A DNA stretch of 64,000 bases, taken from positions 6,464,001-6,528,000 of the forward strand of contig OZ250169.1 of the NCBI GenBank assembly GCA_965237955.1, given 5' to 3'. Positions 19,878-28,904 of the stretch are shown here, one piece after another. The DNA comes from Candidatus Marinacidobacterales bacterium. Lineage in GTDB: Bacteria > Acidobacteriota > Vicinamibacteria > Marinacidobacterales > SMYC01. Within the stretch, counting starts at the first letter, position 1. Every line of letters begins with the position of its first letter. Position numbers and translations under genes: made by a program. A model generated the notes under the pieces. That model ran no database searches, was not told the origin of the DNA, and saw only the letters and a program-made list of their open reading frames with translations.

Positions 19878-20627
19878 TTAGGACGGCTTTTTTTTCATGT
19901 CGACACGGATCACGACGACGTCCGAGTCGGAAACGTTCTCCGTCGAGTGGGGCGGCCCGCCACTTTCCCATATCGTGGCGCCCGCCTCAAACTTCAGGTC
20001 CACGGGCTCACCCTCCTCGGGAATGTTTTTCATGTCGGCGTCGGTGAGGAAAATCGCGAAACCAGGAGGATGGTCATGGACCGGTGACGTCTCTCCTGCC
20101 GGATACGTCATCCGCACGACGCGCACCCGATCGTTCTCGTACTCGACGACGTGGTGCTCGGCATCGACGAAGGTCGCGTCGACATCACTCCGGTCGATGT
20201 CCTCATCACCGAGCTCCTGGAGCTCGATAGAAATGTTCTCGATGTCAGATGTGGGAACGCCGAAGTGGGTGGTCGGCTCGCCCCAGGCCGCACTGCCGGC
20301 GACGAGGGTCACGGTCGTGGTTTCACCGCCTCGAGGTGTCAGCTCTGCTTCGGCATCCCTCAGGTACACCGAGACCCGCGCGCGGTGCGAGTGCATTGCG
20401 CCCTCCTCACCCCCGGCCAGGTTCTCCCGTAGAACCCGCAAAGAATCGTTCTCGAACTCGAGCACGTAGTGCTCCGCATCCACAACCACGGGATCCAGGA
20501 ATTCGTTAGGGTCCGAACTCGCAGGTGCCTCCGCCGGCACGTCGGCCGAGGGTCCGCAACCCACGAACAGGAACATCAGACAAACCGTCCAAAACCGCAC
20601 TAGGCCCTCCTTGCTCGACGTGCTCAA
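19878..20627 (-). CDS. Lipoprotein with two tandem cupin-like domains
   Basis: Lipobox FVGC; duplicated 'DAEH..(L/V)E(F/Y)END.(L/V)RV.R...(M/V)H.H' units. Start uncertain. Confidence 0.7.
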   Translation of the reverse strand: MSTSSKEGLVRFWTVCLMFLFVGCGPSADVPAEAPASSDPNEFLDPVVVDAEHYVLEFENDSLRVLRENLAGGEEGAMHSHRARVSVYLRDAEAELTPRGGETTTVTLVAGSAAWGEPTTHFGVPTSDIENISIELQELGDEDIDRSDVDATFVDAEHHVVEYENDRVRVVRMTYPAGETSPVHDHPPGFAIFLTDADMKNIPEEGEPVDLKFEAGATIWESGGPPHSTENVSDSDVVVIRVDMKKKPS

Positions 20628-20717
20628 CGGGGTCTCTTTATATCAGAAACGCAGTTGCACCCGCTACCTGGACGCGGTAACAATCTATAGACACCACAAT
20701 CTAAAAGGAGGTGCGAG

Positions 20718-21197
20718 ATGAAGCGCCTGATTTGGACGTTCATCGTGATGTTTGCCGCATCCGCGGCAGTGGCGCAGTCGCTCGGTGAGATCGCCAAGAA
20801 AGAGAAAGAGCGCCGCAGGCATCTCGAGAGCTCGGAGTCCCGCACCATTACCGACGTCGAGCTGAGACGCGCGGGCGGGCCGCTCACGGCGTTGCCGAGA
20901 ACGTCGCGCTCCGACGCGGACTCCGATGACGTTGCCGAAGAAGATGTGGAAGAGGACCAGGAGGAAATCACAGACGAACGCCAAACCGAGGACTACTGGC
21001 GTGGCCGGCTGGCGCCCATCGACACGCGCATCAAGAGCATGGAGGAGCGGTTGCAGAGTCCGCAGTTCACTTCGAATCCGGTCGGCGCACCGGACCGCGA
21101 GCGGTTGGAACGCCAACTCGCCGAAGCGCGCGCGAAACGGCGAGCTGTCGTCGACGAGGCCCGCCGGAAGGGTGTGCCTCCGGGGTGGTTGAGGTAG
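20718..21197 (+). CDS. Secreted hypothetical coiled-coil protein
   Basis: AGGAGG RBS, signal peptide, 'QSLGEIAKKEKERR', C-terminal 'EARRKGVPPGWLR'. Confidence 0.8.
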   Translation: MKRLIWTFIVMFAASAAVAQSLGEIAKKEKERRRHLESSESRTITDVELRRAGGPLTALPRTSRSDADSDDVAEEDVEEDQEEITDERQTEDYWRGRLAPIDTRIKSMEERLQSPQFTSNPVGAPDRERLERQLAEARAKRRAVVDEARRKGVPPGWLR

Positions 21198-21288
21198 ACG
21201 CCAGCACGAAACCCTTCGGGTAAGTCGGGTCCTCGGTGAACATTCCGGCGAAATGCGGATGGGTGGTGGGAACGCAGTGGGGTCTGTT

Positions 21289-22143
21289 TCATGCTTTGAA
21301 CTCCAAGATTACGCCGCCCGTGCGCTCGGGGCGGACCCATACACCGTTGTCCGAGGCGTGAGGTGTCACGCCGGCTCCTTCGAGAAATAGTTTCGTCGCG
21401 TCCACGTCATCGACCAGAAGCTCCACCACGCCGACCGACGGCACCGCCGGTAGCACCGCGCCGGGGTAGCGCGACAGCACTTTTTCCGGGGTTTTTAACT
21501 CGACGTAGCCGTCGTCCAGGGCGAAGTACGGGCTTTTGTCGAGAGCAGTGCCGCCGAGCCCGGTGCACCGTTCGAAACGAGCCGCGGTCTCCTCCGGGAA
21601 CTCCGAGCACAGCGTGACCCCCGTGAGCCCGGTGACGCCGTTCGCGTGCTCGAGCAGCGGTTTTTGCCACAGGACGTCCCTCGTCGCGTGCTCGATGAAA
21701 ACAAGCTCCGCTTCCGGAAACGCACCCTCCTCGGGACGCACGATGTGGAACACCCCTTCGCGGGTGCTCCCACCGAAAGGAACGTCTCTCCGAACTTCGA
21801 CGGGAGCGGCTCTCCCGCCTTGGGAGCTTTCATAAAACGCCTGAGCGCTCTCGCATCCGAGCGCGATCAACGACACGCCGTGGAACCGGCTCAGTGCTGC
21901 GCGAAACGGTTCGTGGTAGCGGTTCGGATCACACAGCCCCAGAATCTCGAAGTAGCCGCGGCGGAACATCGCGCAGTGGTTGCCCGAGCCCCATGGAACG
22001 ACTGGACCGTCTGCGGTAATGCGTCCCTTGTGGGAGCTTGCGCGAGTGAGCGTGAACCCCAGCTTCTCGTAGTCGTCACGCGATGCCGCCAAGTTCGCTG
22101 TCACCAGCGCGACGTGATCGAGCGTGAGTCCGCTTGTGGTCAA
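21289..22143 (-). CDS. VOC / glyoxalase-like domain protein
   Basis: 'LDHV', 'LGFTLT...H', 'GSGNHC..F..GYFEIL', 'HANGVTGL'. Confidence 0.8.
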   Translation of the reverse strand: MTTSGLTLDHVALVTANLAASRDDYEKLGFTLTRASSHKGRITADGPVVPWGSGNHCAMFRRGYFEILGLCDPNRYHEPFRAALSRFHGVSLIALGCESAQAFYESSQGGRAAPVEVRRDVPFGGSTREGVFHIVRPEEGAFPEAELVFIEHATRDVLWQKPLLEHANGVTGLTGVTLCSEFPEETAARFERCTGLGGTALDKSPYFALDDGYVELKTPEKVLSRYPGAVLPAVPSVGVVELLVDDVDATKLFLEGAGVTPHASDNGVWVRPERTGGVILEFKA

Positions 22144-22231
22144 ACCAGTACTTCCTGAGGTGCATCGTACAACGCTTGCCGCCCACTTCACGACGCATTT
22201 TTGACAGCGCCCCTCGAACCCGAAACTCTCT

Positions 22232-22502
22232 TTGTTTCAAGCGAGATACAGTAGAAAGGGAGTCGGCGCGAGCGGTAAGAACATCGATCCAGGCTTTTCG
22301 GGTTGGTTCGACTGGAGCACCCTCGAGCAACCGGACGACGACCGCTTCCATTTTCCGGCGGGACGGCAGAGGCGATATCAATATCAGGTTCTTCGATCAG
22401 TCCGTTCCCGTCCCGGGCACGACCGCGCTGCTCATCTTGGGTCTGGTGAGCGTAGGGTTCGCGCGACGGCGACGCGGCATCAAAACAAAGGCGTCAGAGT
22501 AG
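22232..22502 (+). pseudogene. Remnant of a PEP-CTERM-type sorted protein
   Basis: C-terminal VPVPGTTALLILGLVSVGFARRRR (motif, TM helix, Arg cluster); no signal peptide; probable frameshift near 22352. Confidence 0.65.
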
Positions 22503-22630
22503 CCGGTCGCCGATCACTAGCCGCGCCCTCGCGAGGACCGCTCGACTCGCGGGATGACAGTTGAATTTCTGGATTCGTTCCGAGTAAATTTAGGGCGCTC
22601 TCGACTTGGCGGAACTCATCTTGAGGCCCC

Positions 22631-22972
22631 ATGGATATCGAGGTCAAACCCAAAGGTACGGTCACGGTGGTGCGCGTGCGCGGCCGGATAATAGATGGAG
22701 AGCCCGCGAACCTGCTGCAAGACTCTCTCCGAAAGCTCGTTCGGGCGCAACACGTCAAGACGGTGTTCGATTTCGAAGGGGTCACCTATTTAGACAGCCT
22801 CGCCATCGGGATTCTCGTTTCTCACTATGTATCCGTCTCGTTGCTCGGTGGCGGCATCGTGCTGCTGAAAGCGGACGAGAAGGTCGAAGAGCTCATGAGA
22901 ATAACGCGCCTCACCGACCGGTTCGGGTGGGCCAGCGAGCTCGAACAAGCCATCAAGTGGTTCGACCGCTAG
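22631..22972 (+). CDS. Anti-sigma factor antagonist (STAS domain)
   Basis: 'VTYLDSLAIGILV' phospho-Ser motif; 113 aa. Confidence 0.85.
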   Translation: MDIEVKPKGTVTVVRVRGRIIDGEPANLLQDSLRKLVRAQHVKTVFDFEGVTYLDSLAIGILVSHYVSVSLLGGGIVLLKADEKVEELMRITRLTDRFGWASELEQAIKWFDR

Positions 22973-23198
22973 CGATGAAAGCTCCGCTCCCCGCGGCGTT
23001 TCGGACGCGCCGTCCATACCGACCGCAGACTTGAACCACTGCCGCTCGTCGTGCATTCTAATGTCCCAATCGCTCGCCGACGAGCTCCTCTACAACGAAG
23101 CCCTCAACGAAGTCGTGTTCGTGAAGTATCTGGACGAGTAGATCACAGTTCGGATAGCGGGGAGCAGGATCGCGCCGCTCATCGACCACGTCGCGGCG

Positions 23199-24473
23199 CT
23201 ACTCAGTTTGCGGCTGCAGCTCCTGAGCAACCCGCTCGACTTCGCGCCACACGCGCAGGAGATTGCCGCTCCACAGCTTCTCGATCTGCTCTTCGGTGTA
23301 GCCCCGGCGGACGAGCTCGAGCGTCACGTTGAACGTTTCGCTCGCGTCGTTCCAACCGTCGATCCCTCCGCCACCATCGAAGTCCGAGCTGATGCCGACG
23401 TGCTCGATACCGATGAGCTCGACGGAATGATCGATGTGGTCCACGAAGTCCGACACGTTCGCCTCGGGCCACTGGCTCGCGAGCTCCGTCCGGCGGGCAC
23501 GGAGCTCCGCCTGTTTATCCTCCGGGAGCGATGCCATTCCACCCAACGAGCTGATGCCGTACTCACCTAAGAGCTCTTCCATCGCTTTTTGTTTGTCGGG
23601 CGGGTTCTTCACGAAGGTGCCGAGCGCGACCGTCTGTATGACGCCACCGTTCTCATTCAACGCCAGGAGCTGCTCGTCGTCCATGTTCCGGGGGTGATCC
23701 GACAGTGCACGGGTGCCCGAGTGCGAAGCCATGACCGGTGCCTGTGACAACCGTGCCGCATCGAGCATCGCTGCTTTCGAGATGTGGGATACGTCCACCA
23801 TGATACCCAGGCGATTCATCTCGGCAATGACCTCCTCGCCGAACGCGCTGATGCCGTCGTGCTCGGACTCGGCGTCACCAAGATCCTCGCGGGGCGTCGC
23901 GGAATCGGAGATGTCGTTGTGCCCGCCGTGAGCGAGCGTGATGTAGCGCGCTCCGAGGCCATGGTACTTCTCGAGCAAGCTCAGGTCCTTGCCGACGACG
24001 TAGCCGTTCTCGATACCAATGGTCGCCACGAGCTTTCCGCTTTCGTGGATGCGGACGACGTCGTCGGCCGTATACGCGAACTCGATACGCTCCGGATACA
24101 TCTCGTCGGACATGCGGTGGATGGCGTCGAACTTCATCATCGCATCCTGTTTCGCTTTTTCGTAGTTTTCGGGTGTCCGCTCCGTCTGCCCCACGTACAC
24201 GATGAAGAACGCGGTGTTCAGCCCACCTTCCTCCATCTTCGGCAGATCCACCTGGAAGTCACCGCGCACGCCGGGGTCGACCTCTTCGGTCGCGTAGTTG
24301 GACGGAATATCGACGTGGGTGTCGAGCGTGATCACGCGCTCGTGAATACCCCGCGCCGTCTCGACGATGGAGTCTTCGGATTCCGTTTCGGGTGCCTCGG
24401 TCGTCTCCATCGACCCGCAGGCAAGCAGGAGACAAAGCCAGAGGAGGAAAAAAACAAGGGATTTCGATTTCAT
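23199..24473 (-). CDS. Membrane dipeptidase (peptidase M19), lipoprotein
   Basis: 'DTHVD', 'GIENG', 'DVSH', 'ASHSG', 'HVGISSDFDGGG'; lipobox LLAC. Confidence 0.92.
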   Translation of the reverse strand: MKSKSLVFFLLWLCLLLACGSMETTEAPETESEDSIVETARGIHERVITLDTHVDIPSNYATEEVDPGVRGDFQVDLPKMEEGGLNTAFFIVYVGQTERTPENYEKAKQDAMMKFDAIHRMSDEMYPERIEFAYTADDVVRIHESGKLVATIGIENGYVVGKDLSLLEKYHGLGARYITLAHGGHNDISDSATPREDLGDAESEHDGISAFGEEVIAEMNRLGIMVDVSHISKAAMLDAARLSQAPVMASHSGTRALSDHPRNMDDEQLLALNENGGVIQTVALGTFVKNPPDKQKAMEELLGEYGISSLGGMASLPEDKQAELRARRTELASQWPEANVSDFVDHIDHSVELIGIEHVGISSDFDGGGGIDGWNDASETFNVTLELVRRGYTEEQIEKLWSGNLLRVWREVERVAQELQPQTE

Positions 24474-24580
24474 AACAGCGCTCCTCACGAAAAGCGGAGC
24501 TAATCTATCATGAAAAGTGCTTGCCGTTTAGCGATCCGGCTATCCGCGAGCCAGATCGTCTTGCTGCTGCGAGCGTGCGG

Positions 24581-24820
24581 CTAAAGAATGTCTTTGAGCT
24601 TCAGGCCCTGGTCGCGTAGATAGGCCATGAGGCCTTTCTTGTCGATGGTCCTGAGTGCTCGCGTCGTGAGACGGATGCGGACGGTGCGGTCGAGCTCCGG
24701 GATGTAGATGCGCTTCCACTGCAGGTTGGGCAGCTGAACCCGCCGGGTCTTGTTGTGGGCGTGGGAAACGTTGTTTCCCGCCATGGGGCCTATGCCAGTG
24801 AGCTTGCACTTGCGCGACAT
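24581..24820 (-). CDS. rpmB: 50S ribosomal protein L28
   Basis: MSRKCKLTG...GNNVSHAHNKTRR..LPNLQ. Confidence 0.97.
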   Translation of the reverse strand: MSRKCKLTGIGPMAGNNVSHAHNKTRRVQLPNLQWKRIYIPELDRTVRIRLTTRALRTIDKKGLMAYLRDQGLKLKDIL

Positions 24821-24854
24821 CGTTCTCGAAACTCCTTACGTCAACAAACACGCT

Positions 24855-24884
24855 AGTATACTTTCTTGGGTGCTCGAGATGCAA
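24855..24884 (-). promoter_or_regulatory. Probable sigma70 promoter of rpmB
   Basis: TTGCAT-18-TATACT on the minus strand, 35 bp upstream of the ATG. Confidence 0.5.
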
Positions 24885-24946
24885 GGCTCGGCGTGTGTTG
24901 ACTGCAAAACGTTGAATCCAAACCCGTTTTCGCCACGGAGGGCGTT

Positions 24947-25902
24947 ATGTTCGGACTGAGACCAGACAAACGAAACGACGAGGACCGCGATCTTGGCTTC
25001 GGTGCGATCGTGGCGGCGGCGGCGGCCGAGCGCCTCCTGAACCGGGACGGAAGCTTCAACTCCCGCCGGGAGGGGCTGGGATTCTTCCGCTCGCTACACC
25101 TGTTCGACACGCTCCTCACCATGTCGTGGCCTCGATTCTTGTTGCTGGTGGCCGCGACGTACCTCGTTGCCAACACGATGTTCGCCATGGCGTACCTCGC
25201 CCTCGGCCCCGGAGCTCTCGAGAGCGCTCTCGACCCCAGCCGGACGGGCTCCTTCCCTCGAGCGTTCTTCTTCAGCGTGCACACGCTGTCGACCGTCGGG
25301 TACGGGCACATCGTGCCGGCGTCCACCGCGGCGAACATTCTGATGACGCTCGAGTCTATCTTTGGAATCTTCGGCATCGCGCTCACGACCGGTCTGGTGT
25401 TCGCTCGATTTGCCCGGCCCACTGCGAAGGTACTCTTCAGCGCAAACGCTATCGTCGCTCCCTACCGCGGCGGACGCGCGCTCATGTTCCGGATCGCGAA
25501 CCAGAGAAGCACTCAGATCATCGAGCTCGAGGCGACCGTCGTCTTCAGCTGGATGGTGGACGAGGATGAGCGTCGCCTCCGCCGCTTCCATGCTTTGCCC
25601 CTCGAGCGCTCCAAAGTCGTGTTCTTCCCACTTGCGTGGACGATCGTGCATCCCACATCGACAAAGAGAGCCCGTTTTACGAGCTCACGAGCGAGGAGTG
25701 CATCCGCTCGGACGCCGAGATCATGGTGCTCTTGAAAGGGATCGATGAAACGTTTTCGCAGACGGTGCACACCCGCTCGTCGTACAAAGCGCGGGAGATG
25801 GTTTGGAGCGCGAAATTTACCGATATTTATCTACGCGAAGGCCCCAACATCGTCGGCATCGATCTCGGACGTCTGAGCCAGCTGCAACAACTTACGGCGT
25901 AG
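24947..25902 (+). pseudogene. Inward-rectifier K+ channel (KirBac-like), frameshift near 25656
   Basis: 'FFFSVHTLSTVGYG' filter, 'FARFARP', 'LMFRIANQR', then 'IDKESP', 'DETFSQTVHTRSSY' in a shifted frame. Confidence 0.88.
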
Positions 25903-26131
25903 CGGCGCTCACTAGCGGAATTCCCTGCTCCACCACGAGAGCGTTGAAGCTCGCGAGCTTTGGGCCGAAGAGCTCGTCCATCGCCGTCCGTTGGACGTCC
26001 AACTGCGTCATCAGGTCGCCGAACCTCTCCTCAGCCCCCTGGATGAGCCCAACTTCCGAGCGATCCGCGGCTCCGCGCAAATAGATGAAGTGATGGGCAA
26101 CCAAAGATAGTAAAACGGCGATTCGTTTCAT
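25892..26131 (-). pseudogene. 79-aa ORF: signal-peptide start fused to a C-terminal tail, probably a collapsed large secreted protein
   Basis: MKRIAVLLSLVA directly after the M14 stop, then a helical tail ending 'LASFNALVVEQGIPLV' that resembles the end of VPS10/BNR glycosyl-hydrolase proteins. Confidence 0.45.
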
Positions 26132-26138
26132 CGGCTCA

Positions 26139-28811
26139 TTACTCTCTACTCGAATCGGTCTCGACGGACCACGGCATGTCCTCGAGCGTCGCACCGTGAA
26201 GCGCGTTGAAGAAAAGTTTGTAGGTACCTCTCGGCTGCCCTCGGAATTGCGGTCGGAAAGCAAACAGCACGATCTCGCCTTGACCATGACGAACCCGGAC
26301 GACCGCGCCCATGCCACCGATCTTGCTCTCTTCATCGAGCGCCCAACCGCTCATGAGAATATCCTCGTCCGCATACGTCACCACGTTCTCTACCGGAAGC
26401 GGCGGCGGTGCCTTCGTCTCTTCTTGGCCGCCTTCGCGCTCCCGTGTCAGCTCGACGATGTCGAACGCCCGAGACCGCACGAACGACACCGCGACTTCTT
26501 TCTGCATCCCCCAGGCAAGGGGATGTTCGGTGTCGACCTTGGCGCGCAAAAGCGATCCGGGAATAAAAAACTGCGACGAGTCCACGCCCGCGGTGACGTT
26601 CTCGAGCGGCAGACCGAACTGCTCGATGGCGAAATCACTAGCCCCGTCGAGTGCAACGAGTGTCCCACCGGCTTGGACGAAGCGCTCGAGCGCCATCGCA
26701 CCCGCGAGTCCCATCCCGCCAACGTAGTCGTCCGGCATCGTGCCGGTGGCGTGGCCATTCAGGATACGATCCGCACTCTGGTGTGGAAGGACGATGACGT
26801 CGAGCTCGGACAAGTCCGACCTACGCACGTCTTCGTCGTGAAGCGTCGTCAGATCGAAGTCGTACTCCTCGAGCAGCCAACGCGTCCACCCCTCATCCAT
26901 GTTGGGAACGTAGGATTTGTACACCGCGACGCGCACCGGGCGGAGCGTGTGCATGTCCACCCCCGGGCTTTCGTCGATGCCGACGAAATCGACGCCGAGG
27001 TCGCGAGCGAGCGTCTCGACACGCGCTTCGGTACCCGAGCCAGCTTCGACAAGAATGGTGCCGCGCGGATGATCGTCGCCGAACGCGTCGCCCGCCCAGT
27101 GAACGCTCTCGCCCATCGCGACAAGGCGGTTCACCGCGATGACCGAGGCGTTCGGCTGGTGGGACAGCAGATAGCCGAAACGGCCACGCGAGACTTTCCC
27201 GGGTCGCGGTGTTACGTAGTCCGCGAGCCTCTTCGCGTCAGCGTTCACGGCACTGGTGACGCGATCGACGGTAACACCCATCTGCATCGGAAGCGTCCAG
27301 CCGGTCAAATCGTAGGGGGGGTCGGGTGGGCCGTCCGGCGTTCGCCGCCGGTCGGGGTAGTCCTGGGCTTCCATCAAATCGATGACGTACGGGAGGAACG
27401 CTTGCGCACCGTTAATAATGTAGGAGCCGGCACCGTAGCGCTTCTCGTCGACGGTGAACTCACTCGACGCTCTCTCGACTTCCACACCGCCAATGAGCAA
27501 CACGTTGACGAGGTTGTCCGCCTCGCCTGGATCCCACTGGTCTTCGCTTGCAGGAATGATGTACGCGGCGGGATCGGATGCCTCGCCGCGCGCGATCGCG
27601 TCTCGCCCCATCCGGTAGATGTCGTAGAGCCACTTCTGCCGGAGATCCGCGGCGATGTCGAGAACGCCCATCGAAGCGGTGAGGGTATAGCGAACGGCAT
27701 CGCTGAGCCGAGAGTCCCCTCCCTCCCACGGGTACGGATAGAACACGTCCGTTGCCGACGTCGGCGCCTTATTCCCTCGTCGCGGGTTGCCGACGAATTC
27801 CGGACGCTTCTCCGGGTCGTAAAAGCGCGGCGTCGGCGATGCATGCGACGTTTCCGTCAAGATCCCGATCATGTTGTGGAAGTACGGGACGGTGCGCATG
27901 CCGCCGTTCCACCACATCGAGTAGATCATGTCGGAGACGACGCCGGGCATCTTCTGCATGGCGAACCGATTCGCCATCGCCGTCCCGACCATGTTGACGC
28001 CCGTGGTGACACCCGGGTGGATGTTCGGGTTCACGGGATCGGCGAACGGCGGGAGAAAGATACGTGCCCACGCCGGTCCGGTCTGATGATGGTTGTAGAC
28101 GATTTGCGGGTACCACTGCCTGTAGAGGATCTCGGTGACCGCTTTCGATTCGGGCATGTTGTTCATGAACCAGTCGCGGTTGTTGTCGTGCCCGACGTAG
28201 TGGTGGTAGAGCTCGGGCGGACGCGTCGTCTCGAACGGTGTCCCGAGATTTTTCTGGTACCAACTCGCCACGATATCGAGTCCATCCGGGTTCATGGAAG
28301 GCATGAGGAGCACGATGACGTTGTCGCGAATCTTCTGCATCTCCGCGGATTCCTCGGTCACGATGCGATACGCGAGATGCGGCATCATCTGGGAAGGCGC
28401 AACTTCGGTCGCGTGAAGTCCGGCGTCGAGCCACACGACCGCTTTGCCTTCGTCGGCCAAGCGACGGGCGGTATCGTCGTCGATGCGCGCCCGTGCCAGT
28501 GACTCGCTCATCTCGCGCCAGTCGTCGAGCCGGCGGAGATTGTCTTCGCTCGAGATGTAGAGAAGAAGCAGTGGCTTTTGTAGCACCGAGCGCCCAATCT
28601 CGACGATCTCGACACGATCGCTCTCTCGGTCGAGAGCGCGGTAGTAGTCGACGAGTTGGCCCCAGTTAGCGAGCTTGTAGTCCGAGCCCGGCTCAAACCC
28701 GATCACGTCCGCGGGACGAGGCGTCTCTCCAGAGACGACGCTCGCGGCGGCAATCGTGGCAATCGTAATGGCGGAAAAAACATTGATGCTGGCTCGATTG
28801 GATAGCAACAC
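26139..28811 (-). CDS. M14 zinc carboxypeptidase family protein
   Basis: 'LHATE', 'NPDG', 'GHDNNRDW', 'HHQ', C-terminal 'MDEGWTRWLL' and 'FRPQFRGQ'. Confidence 0.92.
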   Translation of the reverse strand: MLLSNRASINVFSAITIATIAAASVVSGETPRPADVIGFEPGSDYKLANWGQLVDYYRALDRESDRVEIVEIGRSVLQKPLLLLYISSEDNLRRLDDWREMSESLARARIDDDTARRLADEGKAVVWLDAGLHATEVAPSQMMPHLAYRIVTEESAEMQKIRDNVIVLLMPSMNPDGLDIVASWYQKNLGTPFETTRPPELYHHYVGHDNNRDWFMNNMPESKAVTEILYRQWYPQIVYNHHQTGPAWARIFLPPFADPVNPNIHPGVTTGVNMVGTAMANRFAMQKMPGVVSDMIYSMWWNGGMRTVPYFHNMIGILTETSHASPTPRFYDPEKRPEFVGNPRRGNKAPTSATDVFYPYPWEGGDSRLSDAVRYTLTASMGVLDIAADLRQKWLYDIYRMGRDAIARGEASDPAAYIIPASEDQWDPGEADNLVNVLLIGGVEVERASSEFTVDEKRYGAGSYIINGAQAFLPYVIDLMEAQDYPDRRRTPDGPPDPPYDLTGWTLPMQMGVTVDRVTSAVNADAKRLADYVTPRPGKVSRGRFGYLLSHQPNASVIAVNRLVAMGESVHWAGDAFGDDHPRGTILVEAGSGTEARVETLARDLGVDFVGIDESPGVDMHTLRPVRVAVYKSYVPNMDEGWTRWLLEEYDFDLTTLHDEDVRRSDLSELDVIVLPHQSADRILNGHATGTMPDDYVGGMGLAGAMALERFVQAGGTLVALDGASDFAIEQFGLPLENVTAGVDSSQFFIPGSLLRAKVDTEHPLAWGMQKEVAVSFVRSRAFDIVELTREREGGQEETKAPPPLPVENVVTYADEDILMSGWALDEESKIGGMGAVVRVRHGQGEIVLFAFRPQFRGQPRGTYKLFFNALHGATLEDMPWSVETDSSRE

Positions 28812-28904
28812 TGCCTCCCTAGCGATTGAATCGCGGCGATTTTACCTCAGTTGGAAGCTGGTGACTAGAAGCTGGCAGCCGAATTCACTGGCTCCCCGCT
28901 CAGT

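Noticed and set aside
21198-21288. G-rich intergenic segment as a possible ncRNA
   Set aside because: Only a small ACCC-TTC-GGGT hairpin between convergent genes; no recognisable family.
26196-28502. Long antisense ORFs (768 aa here; also 32102-33460, 46913-48124, 52430-53695, 56985-58187)
   Set aside because: Shadow frames opposite well-supported high-GC genes, with no motifs.
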